Below, piece by piece: positions 38,883 to 47,215 of a DNA stretch of 64,000 nucleotides. Below the pieces are notes generated by a model, which was not told where the DNA came from, ran no database searches, and saw only the letters and a program-made list of their open reading frames with translations. Positions within the stretch are counted from its first letter, which is position 1; every line of letters begins with the position of its first letter. The DNA comes from an uncultured Chloroflexia bacterium (GTDB taxonomy: Bacteria; Chloroflexota; Limnocylindria; Limnocylindrales; CSP1-4): positions 65,924-129,923 of the forward strand of contig CAVTWU010000029.1 in NCBI GenBank assembly GCA_963738475.1. Direction: 5' to 3'. The translations under genes and the position numbers were made by a program.

Positions 38883-39572
38883 TCGTCGGTCGGCTTGCCG
38901 GGCAGGATGCGGCGCCAGCCGGTCTTCGTGCGGCGGATCCCGTCCGGGCCCGCCGGGCCGTCGACCGCACCCGGGTGCCGCCGTCCGGTCCGCATCGGCC
39001 GCCCGCAACTCGAACTTGTTGAACGTGTTGGCGGCCTTGCTCGTCCCGACCCGGGCCCAGGCCTCGACGGCATCGGCGGCGGCGTCCAGGAGCTCGTCGA
39101 GTCCGGGCCCGCTCGTCTGGCTCGAACTTGGACAGGACATGGTCGATCGATGTCGCGACCCGGCTCGCCGATCCCGATCCGCAGGCGGCTGAACTTCTCG
39201 GTCCCGAGCTCGTCCACGATCGACCGCAGGCCGTTGTGGCCGCCGTGGCTCCCGCCCTCGCGGAACCGGAGCTTGCCGAACGGGAGCGCGAAGTCGTCCG
39301 TGACGATCAGCAGGTCCTGCAGCGGGGCGTGGTCGCGCGCCAGCGACTTGCGCACGGCCAGACCCGACTCGTTCATGTAGGTGAGCGGCTTCACGAGCGT
39401 CAGGTCCAGGCCGCGATAGCGCCCGCCGACGACGTTCGACGGCGTCGCGCTGGCGACCACGACCGGCCCACCCGGCACGGTCCGCCAGGCGGTCGACGAC
39501 CATCCAGCCGATGTTGTGCCGGGTCCCCGCGTACTGCGACCCGGGGTTCCCCAGGCCGACGACCAGCTTCAC
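38879..39572 (-). CDS. pth: Peptidyl-tRNA hydrolase, frameshifted
   Basis: [54 protein letters not shown]. Confidence 0.95.
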
Positions 39573-39648
39573 CGAACCCTCCGCAGACAGCCGAACAGGG
39601 CCCGATCCCGTCCGGGAGGGCCTGCGACGGATGGTACCGCGCGGCGCG

Positions 39649-40210
39649 TCAGGCTGTGGGCCGGCGCGTCCGAGCAGGCGGGTCTCGAGCGCGCGCATCG
39701 CCGCTTCCTCCTCGGGCTCCGCGTGGTCCCAGCCGCAGAGGTGGAGCGTGCCGTGGACGGCGAGCAGGCGCAGTTCGTCCATGGCGGCCCAGCGGACGTT
39801 GCCCGTCTGACCGCCGAGTCCGGCCGTCGCCTGCTCGACGGCCCGCTCCACCGAGATGACGATGTCGCCGAGGTGCTGCCGCTGTCCGGGCGGCAGCGGG
39901 AAGGCCTCGGCCGCGTGGCCGGTCTCGCGCGGCGCGCTGCCCGGGTGCGGCCGGGAAGGCCTCGGGCGGCAGCAACGGGAAGGACAGCACGTCCGTCGGC
40001 CCGTCCTTGCCCATGTGGACCTGGTTCAGCGTCGGTCAGTTCGGCGTCGTCCGACAGGATCAGGCCGACCGATGCGGGTGACGGGGCGCCGGCCGCATCC
40101 AGGGCCGCGGCCACCATCCGGCTCAATCCGGCCATGGAGGCCGGCAGCGACACGCCGTCGCGGACGGTCACATCGATCCGCCACGGGGGCAGGAAGATCG
40201 CCCGGGTCAC
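39649..40210 (-). CDS. ybeY: rRNA maturation endoribonuclease, frameshifted
   Basis: [25 protein letters not shown] (H3xH5xH motif). Confidence 0.9.
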
Positions 40211-40227
40211 GGCGTGATCGCCCCCGA

Positions 40228-42393
40228 TCACGAGGCGGAGCCGCCGCCTCCGCCCGCCGCCCGACGCGACTCCAGGTCCACGATCTCGCTCTGCGGGTAG
40301 GCGATCCGCGTGTGGTACATGCCCAGCAGCTGGCCGACGAACGCCTCGCGGATCAGCTCGAGGTCGCGCAGCGTCAGGTCGCACTCGTCGAACTGGTCGT
40401 CGTTGACGCGCTCTTCCATGATCCGGCTGACCATCGCGCGGATGGCGGGCTCGTCGCGCGAGGCGAGCGAGCGGACGGACGCCTCGACGCCATCGGCGAG
40501 CATGATCAGGGCGGCTTCCCGTGTCTGGGGCTTCGGGCCGGCGTGGCGGAACTTGCGCTCATCCACGGCCGCCGCGGCCTTGGCGCCCTCGGCCGTGCCG
40601 GCGCCGCCATACGGCGCCGCCGCCAGGTCCTTCGCCCGCGCGTAGAAGTAGCCCATGATCGCCGTCCCGTGGTGCTGCGGGATGTAGGCGATGAGGGCCT
40701 TGGGCAGCTTGGCCTTGTAGGCGAAGTCGATGCCGTCGGCGACGTGCTGCTTGACGACCTGGGCGCTGACCTCGGGGTCGAGCTCATCGTGGATGTTCTC
40801 GCCGCCGGCCTGGTTCTCGATGAACGCGAGCGGGTTCGCGAGCTTGCCGACGTCGTGGTAGTAGGCCGCGACACGGGTCACCAGCGGGTCGCCGCCGATC
40901 GCCTCGGCGGCGCGCTCGGCGAGGTTGCCCGACCATCAGCGAGTGGTGATAGGTCCCGGGCGTCTCGACCAGGAGCCGGCGCAGCAGCGGCTGCGACGGG
41001 TTCGCCAGCTCCAGGAGCTGGAAGACCGTGAGGATGCCGAAGACGGAACCGAGGACGGCGAACAGCCCGACCGCCGCCACGCCCGACCCGGCCGCGCTGG
41101 CCGCCGAGGCGAACCACAGTTCCAGCAGGCCCTGGATGTCGCGCGTCACCCAGCAGCGAGAAGACGGTGACGACCATCGCGTTGCACGATGAACACGGCC
41201 ACCGCGGCCTGGACGAAGACCTGCAGTCGGTCGCCCTTGCGGACGGCGATGATGCCGGCGACGCCGCCCAGGAACGTGTAGGTCGCGAACTCGAGCGAGC
41301 CGCCGTTCACCGCGCCACCGATGATCGCGATGATCGCGATGACGATCGTGGCGAGGGACGCGTCCAGCAGGATCGCCAGGAGCATGCCGATGGCGGCGGT
41401 CGGCAGGAAGAACTGGAGGATCGACCGGCCGGCCGTGACCTTCAGGGCGAGCGTCGCCCCGACGACCAGCACGCCGATCAGGAACAGGACGTTGTCGCGG
41501 TGCCAGAGGCCCGGTCGGAACCGCCAGATCCAGGCGAGCAGCATGCCGACCACCAGGAGCGACAACATGAACCAGCCGACGAAGACGTTCGGGCTGGGAC
41601 CTGCCACGCCCAGGCCGAGCGCGTCGATCTTCTCGATGTCCGCGGCCGTCAGCAGCGTCCCGTTCCGGACGATGACCTCGCGCTGGGCGATCTCGACCAC
41701 GATCGGCGCGACGGCGGCCTCGGCTCGATCCTCTGCCTGATCCGTGAGGAGCTGGCTGAACGACGAGTTCGGGACGACCAGGTCCCGGACCAGTTCCGCG
41801 GCGAGCATCCGCTGAGCGGCATCGAGGCCACCGGCCATCAGCCCGGTCAGCCGCGTCTTGGTGGCGGCGACTTCGGTGTCCAGCAGCTCCGTGCGCAGGA
41901 TCCCGTCGAGGACGCGAGCCGCCTCGGCTCGAACGGCCGCCCAGCCGTCGCCGTCGAGGCCCGCCAGCGTCGTGCTGGACGCCTCCGTGAGCGACGGCAT
42001 GACGGTCGCCAGGAGCACCGCACGCTCCTCCGGCGTCATGTCGGCGGCGTAGAGCGTGTCGATCGGCGAGACCTTGCGCTCGAACGCGAGGGCCTGTTCG
42101 GCCGCGATCGCGATCGCCTTCTCGCTCGTGAAGTCGTACTGCGGATCGACGCCCGCTCGAGCCTCGGCGCGGGCGGCGGCGGTCTGGACGTCGCTCTCGA
42201 ACTCGATCGCGGTCGGCGCGACGATGTCGGTCGGGGCGATATCGCCGACGGCCAGGGTCGTCGTCTCCTTGGGCAGGAAGTCGGCGCCGAGGATCGCGGT
42301 CATGGTCAGGACCAGGATCACGGACGCGATGGCGAGCCGCGTCGCATCGCTTCGCGTGAAGCGGGAGATCGAGGCCGCCCGGCTGGTCAGCAT
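40228..42393 (-). CDS. 7TM-HD phosphohydrolase (PgpH/YqfF-like cyclic-di-AMP phosphodiesterase), frameshifted
   Basis: Extracellular domain plus TM helices, PGTYHHSLMV, YYHDVGK, FIENQ, IPQHHGT, GPKPQTRE, LADGVEA. Confidence 0.9.
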
Positions 42394-42397
42394 GGCG

Positions 42398-42889
42398 TCA
42401 GTGGGTCCCACCGTCGTGGGCGGCGAGGTCCGCCCGGGCGAGGGCCTGGACGACGAGCTCGCTCACGTGCTTGCCGTCCGCCCGACCCTTGGTCTTCGGC
42501 GACAGCCAGCCCATGACCTTGCCCATGTCGCGGGCGGACGTCGCGCCGGTCGCGGCGATCCCCTCGTCCACGAGCGCGACGACCTCGGCCTCGGTCAGCG
42601 CCTGGGGCAGGTAGCCGCTCAGGATCTCGATCTCGGCGGCTTCCTTGTCGGCGAGGTCCTGGCGGCCGGCGCCCTCGAAGGCGACCACCGACTCGCGCCG
42701 GGTCTTCACCTCACGGGTCAGCACGCCCAGCATCTCGTCGTCGGTCAGGGCACGGCCCTGCTTCTTCTCGACGTTGTAGGCGGCACTCGACGCCATGCGC
42801 AGGACGTCACGACGCAACGCATCACCACTCCGCATGGCGGCGGCGATGTCGGTCTGGATCTGCTCTTGAAGGGACACCGGTTCTGGCAC
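42398..42889 (-). CDS. GatB/YqeY domain protein
   Basis: IAAAMRSGD..RRDVLRM, EVKTRRES, GRQDLADKE, YLPQALTEAE, DMGKVM, ADGK. Confidence 0.92.
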   Translation of the reverse strand: MPEPVSLQEQIQTDIAAAMRSGDALRRDVLRMASSAAYNVEKKQGRALTDDEMLGVLTREVKTRRESVVAFEGAGRQDLADKEAAEIEILSGYLPQALTEAEVVALVDEGIAATGATSARDMGKVMGWLSPKTKGRADGKHVSELVVQALARADLAAHDGGTH

Positions 42890-42985
42890 CTCGGGTAGAC
42901 GGATCGGCCGATGATTCGGTTTCACCGCCGTCGCACCCGCAGGGGATGCAGGGGTTGGTACGGGGCCCGTCACGCGGGCCGCCGT

Positions 42986-43171
42986 TCAGCCGACCTGCGT
43001 TCGGGCGTTCTTCTTGCGCTTGGCTTCCTTGCGCTTGCGCTTCACAGAGGGCTTCTCGTAGTGCTCGCGTCGGCGAGCTTCGGCGAGGATGCCGCTCTGC
43101 TGGATCTTCTTGTTGAAGCGACGCAGGGCGCTTTCGAACGTCTCGTTCTCACCCACTCGGACTTCTGCCAA
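42986..43171 (-). CDS. rpsU: 30S ribosomal protein S21
   Basis: [31 protein letters not shown]; TTG start behind a GGAGGTG RBS. Confidence 0.96.
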   Translation of the reverse strand: MAEVRVGENETFESALRRFNKKIQQSGILAEARRREHYEKPSVKRKRKEAKRKKNARTQVG

Positions 43172-43274
43172 TCCCGGTTCACCTCCCCAGGCCTGGGGTC
43201 GTGTCTGTTCGCGTCGGGCTCGCGGCCAACCGGCCCGTGACGCCACTCAGGCGGTTCCCCACCAGAGCCGGCGG

Positions 43275-43303
43275 AGCATACCCCGAGGTGCAGGGTCGGT
43301 CAA
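43275..43303 (-). promoter_or_regulatory. Sigma70-type promoter for rpsU
   Basis: Minus strand TTGACC (43303-43298), 17-bp spacer, TATGCT (43280-43275). Confidence 0.75.
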
Positions 43304-43359
43304 ACAGTCTTGAGCTAGTCGAGGAAGCGGAACCCGGCGGGCACGTTCTCCAGGCCGCA

Positions 43360-43698
43360 TCAGCCGGGAAGCTGCTGGCCGAGCACGAAGATCCAGTACG
43401 CGTCCAGCACGACGACGACCGCCCAGAACCCGATGATCAGCGTCGGGCGCCGGAGGAAGCACTTGCTCCACGACACGCCGAGCGTGATCGAGCGGGCATA
43501 GAGCGCGATCGCGACGATCGCGACGATCAGCACGAACCAGGCTGGTCCGACCGCCCAGGCGATCAGCCCGATGGTGCCCATCCGGCAGAACGTGAACGCG
43601 AGCCGCTCGTACTTCTCGGGGCGGCTCAGGGGCGGCCGGACGTACGACCCGGGGCCGACGACCCCCGGGGTCAGCGACTCGCCATGCAGACTCGTCAT
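43360..43698 (-). CDS. Small membrane protein (about 3 TM), last gene of the radical SAM operon
   Basis: ATG overlaps the radical SAM stop; FTFCRMGTIGLIAW and WSKCFLRRP segments. Confidence 0.75.
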   Translation of the reverse strand: MTSLHGESLTPGVVGPGSYVRPPLSRPEKYERLAFTFCRMGTIGLIAWAVGPAWFVLIVAIVAIALYARSITLGVSWSKCFLRRPTLIIGFWAVVVVLDAYWIFVLGQQLPG

Positions 43699-45278
43699 CG
43701 ATGGTCCCCCGATGCCATCGCCGGGCTGGACGCCGGGACGGCGTCCAGAGCCACCAACCGACCCGCGGGCACCATCCCGGCCGATGTGCGCCTGCGGAGT
43801 TCTCCGAAGACCTGTCGCGCACAGAACGGGATCCGGACGGGGTTCCGCTCCCCGTCGGTGGAGCCCACGTGCACGCAGCACTGCTGCAGCCGTTCGACGT
43901 TGAGCGTCCACGGATCCATGAACGTCTTGATCGAGACGCGCTTGACCCGCAGGGCGATCTCGTCGAGCGGAGCGCTGCCCCGGTTCGTCAACCACCGGCC
44001 CAGGCCCTTGATGAACCCCGAGACGCCCAGGTCGCAGACCTCGCAGATGTCCAGGAGGTAGTCGATGACCTCTCGACGACTGACCATGGCTGTCTCCGAC
44101 AGAAGGCCCGTGAGTGACTCCCACAGGGCATCGTCCGGGGCGAGGCGATTGCCGAAGACCGCCATCCGCTCCTTGAGCCGATCCCGCCCGATGAGCTGGA
44201 CGATGGACCGATGCGACCCGTCGTCACCGCGGATGAAGTAGGTCAGCGACGAGCAATCCGGGTGACTGCATGGCAAGGCGATGAAGTCGTCCGGACCGAC
44301 TCGACCCTCCGTCTGCGCGCCGAGGCGACGGATGGTCCCGGTCGTCGTCGCCCGGGCCATCGGATCGACCGGGTTGGCCCGCCCGGCGGTGAACATCGGC
44401 TGGATGGCGACCCCGGCGATGTAATCGGTCGCGAAGGCATGATCGACGACGGCCCCCACCTCGTCGTCGTTGACCCCCGTGGCAACGGCCATCGCCAAGG
44501 TCGTGAAGATCCGCTCCCCGGTGAGGCGCCTGATCGCCTCCGCCTTCATCTCACGCAGATCCTCACCGCGGTGGAACAGGTGGGTCTCGAGGCGGAAGCC
44601 GTCGAACTGGAGGTACACCTCGACACGGTCCCGCAACCGCGCCAGGTCCGCCAGGAATCGGTCGTCGCGGACGATCCGGATCCCATTCGTGTTGAGCACG
44701 ACCCGGGTGACCTTGCGCTCCACGGCGGCCTCCAGGATCTGGACGATCTCCGGATGCACGGTCGGCTCACCGCCGGACAGCATCAGCGCGTCGACGTGGC
44801 CACCCTCGCGCTCGATCGCCGTGTCGAGCGATCGCAGGATGTGCGGCAGTCGGGCGTGACGGTTGTTCCCCGGTCCGCTGTCGGCGAAGCAGGTGGGGCA
44901 ATGCAGGTTGCAGTTCTGGGTGACGTCGAGCAGCAGGATGCAGCTGTGCTGGGTCTGCAGGTCGCCCAGGCCGTCGAGGTACCCCATCGGGATGGGCCTG
45001 ACATTGTCGGGAACGTCCGGCGTGATCTCGCGAGTGGGGATCCGCCAGTCCTGCAGACCCTGCCAGAGGGCGTAGTCCTCCTCGTACAGGCTCACCACCT
45101 CACCGTGGCCGCGCTGGCAGTGGCGGCGCAGGTAGACGGCGCCATCCATGGCCACCAGGTTCCCCTGGAGGACGTCGACCTCGTAGTCGATCTCGCGATC
45201 CGGGTCGTCGCTGAAGCACCGTCCGCAGATCGTCAGGACCATCCGGAGAGGCAGGTACGGCCGGAGGGCGAGCGTCAT
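43695..45278 (-). CDS. Radical SAM enzyme of the Tes/GDGT-MAS (MJ0619)-like family
   Basis: Intact 527 aa. N-terminal CGRC...HCQRGHG; CNLHCPTC; SGGEPTVHP; NTNG; VYLQFDG; PCSHPDC; C-terminal DPWTLNVERLQQCCVH...RIPFC. Confidence 0.8.
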   Translation of the reverse strand: MTLALRPYLPLRMVLTICGRCFSDDPDREIDYEVDVLQGNLVAMDGAVYLRRHCQRGHGEVVSLYEEDYALWQGLQDWRIPTREITPDVPDNVRPIPMGYLDGLGDLQTQHSCILLLDVTQNCNLHCPTCFADSGPGNNRHARLPHILRSLDTAIEREGGHVDALMLSGGEPTVHPEIVQILEAAVERKVTRVVLNTNGIRIVRDDRFLADLARLRDRVEVYLQFDGFRLETHLFHRGEDLREMKAEAIRRLTGERIFTTLAMAVATGVNDDEVGAVVDHAFATDYIAGVAIQPMFTAGRANPVDPMARATTTGTIRRLGAQTEGRVGPDDFIALPCSHPDCSSLTYFIRGDDGSHRSIVQLIGRDRLKERMAVFGNRLAPDDALWESLTGLLSETAMVSRREVIDYLLDICEVCDLGVSGFIKGLGRWLTNRGSAPLDEIALRVKRVSIKTFMDPWTLNVERLQQCCVHVGSTDGERNPVRIPFCARQVFGELRRRTSAGMVPAGRLVALDAVPASSPAMASGDHR

Positions 45279-45793
45279 GTCGACGCCGTGAATGGCAGGC
45301 AGAGACCGGCGACCCCGACGAGCAGGATGATCGGGATGGCCATGAGGATCACCACGGCCCGTGCCGACCGTTCCGGGTCAGGACGACCGCGGCGGATGAT
45401 CAGCACCGAGATGATCACGGTCAGCCCGAGCGCGAACGTGAGCACCCCAAGCAGGACAGGGCCCATCCCGTACTGGAACGCCCGCCCGAGGTAGATGACC
45501 GCGAACACGAGCCAGGTGATGCCATACGCCAGCAGGACGATGTTGCGGGCACGGGTCCGCACCGGGCCGAACCGCTGTCGCTCGGCCTCGTGCTCACCCG
45601 AGATGCGGATCGCCTCGTCGACCTCACCCGCGTCGTAGCCTGCCTGGAGCGCAGCCGAGCGCAGCGCTTCGATCGTGAACCGATCGCGCTCCTTGTCAAA
45701 GTGGCTGACCAACGTCAGCTGACGCCACGCCGCATTCGCATGGGGTGGGGCCTGGCGGGCGGCGGGAGCGGGATCCCTCGGCGATCCATCCAT
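45275..45793 (-). CDS. Membrane protein, paralog A (N-terminal helical domain, 3 TM, C-terminal GLC)
   Basis: GGAGGTGA RBS; FTIEALRSAALQAGYDAGEV; ends LLVGVAGLCLPFTAST; stop overlaps the radical SAM ATG. Confidence 0.75.
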   Translation of the reverse strand: MDGSPRDPAPAARQAPPHANAAWRQLTLVSHFDKERDRFTIEALRSAALQAGYDAGEVDEAIRISGEHEAERQRFGPVRTRARNIVLLAYGITWLVFAVIYLGRAFQYGMGPVLLGVLTFALGLTVIISVLIIRRGRPDPERSARAVVILMAIPIILLVGVAGLCLPFTAST

Positions 45794-45825
45794 GTATCAC
45801 CTCCTGACGTGCGCGCGACTGGCCG

Positions 45826-46284
45826 TCATCCGCGGCTGGAGCTGAGGCCAGCGACGCACAGGCCACTGAGCCCGACGAAGATGACCACGGAGATCGCGAA
45901 GGCGATCGCCACGGACGCGCACCCGTTATCGCGGGTCGGCGCCGAAGCGAGTCGATACAGGGAGTACAGGCCACCCGCGACCATCGCGACGGCATAGAGG
46001 GGCAGGATGAGAGGGGCCCCAGACCCCCACGAGGCGGCGGCGAGGGCCAGCAGGATGGCTGGGGCGTATGCGGTGAAGACGACGAACATCAGGAGCCCGG
46101 ACGCCACCCGGGTCCCGGTGTCCGCGGTCGGCGGACGTTGGCCCGCGTCGTAGGCCGACCAGGCGGCAGCGATCTCCGCCTGATCATGGCCGCTGGCTGC
46201 CAGCGAAGCGGTGATCGCCTCGCGCGTGAAGTGGGCATCGTGGTCCGCGATGTACCGGAGGGCCGTCTCGTCGGGCGTGCTCAT
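45826..46284 (-). CDS. Membrane protein, paralog B (N-terminal helical domain, 3 TM, C-terminal GLC)
   Basis: ATG overlaps the Lgt-like stop; FTREAITASLAASGHDQAEI; ends IFVGLSGLCVAGLSSSRG. Confidence 0.75.
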   Translation of the reverse strand: MSTPDETALRYIADHDAHFTREAITASLAASGHDQAEIAAAWSAYDAGQRPPTADTGTRVASGLLMFVVFTAYAPAILLALAAASWGSGAPLILPLYAVAMVAGGLYSLYRLASAPTRDNGCASVAIAFAISVVIFVGLSGLCVAGLSSSRG

Positions 46285-47102
46285 GGCTGGACCTCGATGA
46301 AGCCGTGAGGCGGCGGGGCGGCGGGGATCCGATAGGCGTCCCGCTGGATCTGCCGCAGGAAGTGGATGACGAGCAGGCCGACCATCGGGATGAGGACCCA
46401 CTGCGGTCCGGTCAGGCCCAGCGCCTGCGGCTCATTGCCGCGCACGAACTCGACCAGGAACCGGAACGTCCCGGCGGCCAGGAGGTACAGCTTCAACCCA
46501 TCGCCGGGCACGGGCACGCGCTCGCGATAGCGGATGATCAGGGCGATCGCCACGAGGTTGAACCCGATCTCATACAGCATCGACGGATGCATCGCCACGT
46601 CACATCCGGGGCACCGAGCGAATGCGGCGGCGACCTCCGGGCCGACGCTGATCCCCCATGGCAGCGTCGTCGGTGTCCCGAGCGGTAGCTCCGAGAAGAA
46701 GCAGCCGATCCGCCCGATGACCGTCGCGACAGGGATCGCCAGGAGATAGCAGTCGCCTGTCGAGCGGGTATAGCCGAAGGCCCGCTTCGTCAGGGCGATC
46801 GCGATGTAGCCACCGGCCAACGCGCCGAGGATGCTCTTGCCGCTGCGCTCGATGACTTCGCTGAATGGGCGGTCGGCGAGCGCGCCATAGACCTCGAGGT
46901 GCTCCCAGGACGTGATGACGCGAGCCCCGATCACGCCCCCGAGGACGGCGGCGAGTGAGATCCAGAGGATCGGCCCGTCGAGCCAGCGCCGTCTGCGTAA
47001 CTCGCGGTAGTAGATCCCGAGGCCGACCGACAGCGCGATGACCGTGAACGCGTCGTGCGTCATCACGGTCAGAGGACCCCACTCGAACAGGATCGGGTGC
47101 AT
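46281..47102 (-). CDS. Prolipoprotein diacylglyceryl transferase (Lgt)-family paralog
   Basis: MHPILF N-terminus, GGVIGAR, GRIGCF, TTLPWG, HPSMLYE, RFLVEFVR; the HGG signature is replaced by ILGA. Confidence 0.85.
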   Translation of the reverse strand: MHPILFEWGPLTVMTHDAFTVIALSVGLGIYYRELRRRRWLDGPILWISLAAVLGGVIGARVITSWEHLEVYGALADRPFSEVIERSGKSILGALAGGYIAIALTKRAFGYTRSTGDCYLLAIPVATVIGRIGCFFSELPLGTPTTLPWGISVGPEVAAAFARCPGCDVAMHPSMLYEIGFNLVAIALIIRYRERVPVPGDGLKLYLLAAGTFRFLVEFVRGNEPQALGLTGPQWVLIPMVGLLVIHFLRQIQRDAYRIPAAPPPHGFIEVQP

Positions 47103-47215
47103 GGACGCCACCCAACTTGCCGGGACATCGGAGGATCCAGCGCCCCCTCATGAAGGACGCGTCGTTCGTCCGGATGGTACGCCCCGGCGCAACAGCTGAG
47201 GCTTATCCTGTATCC

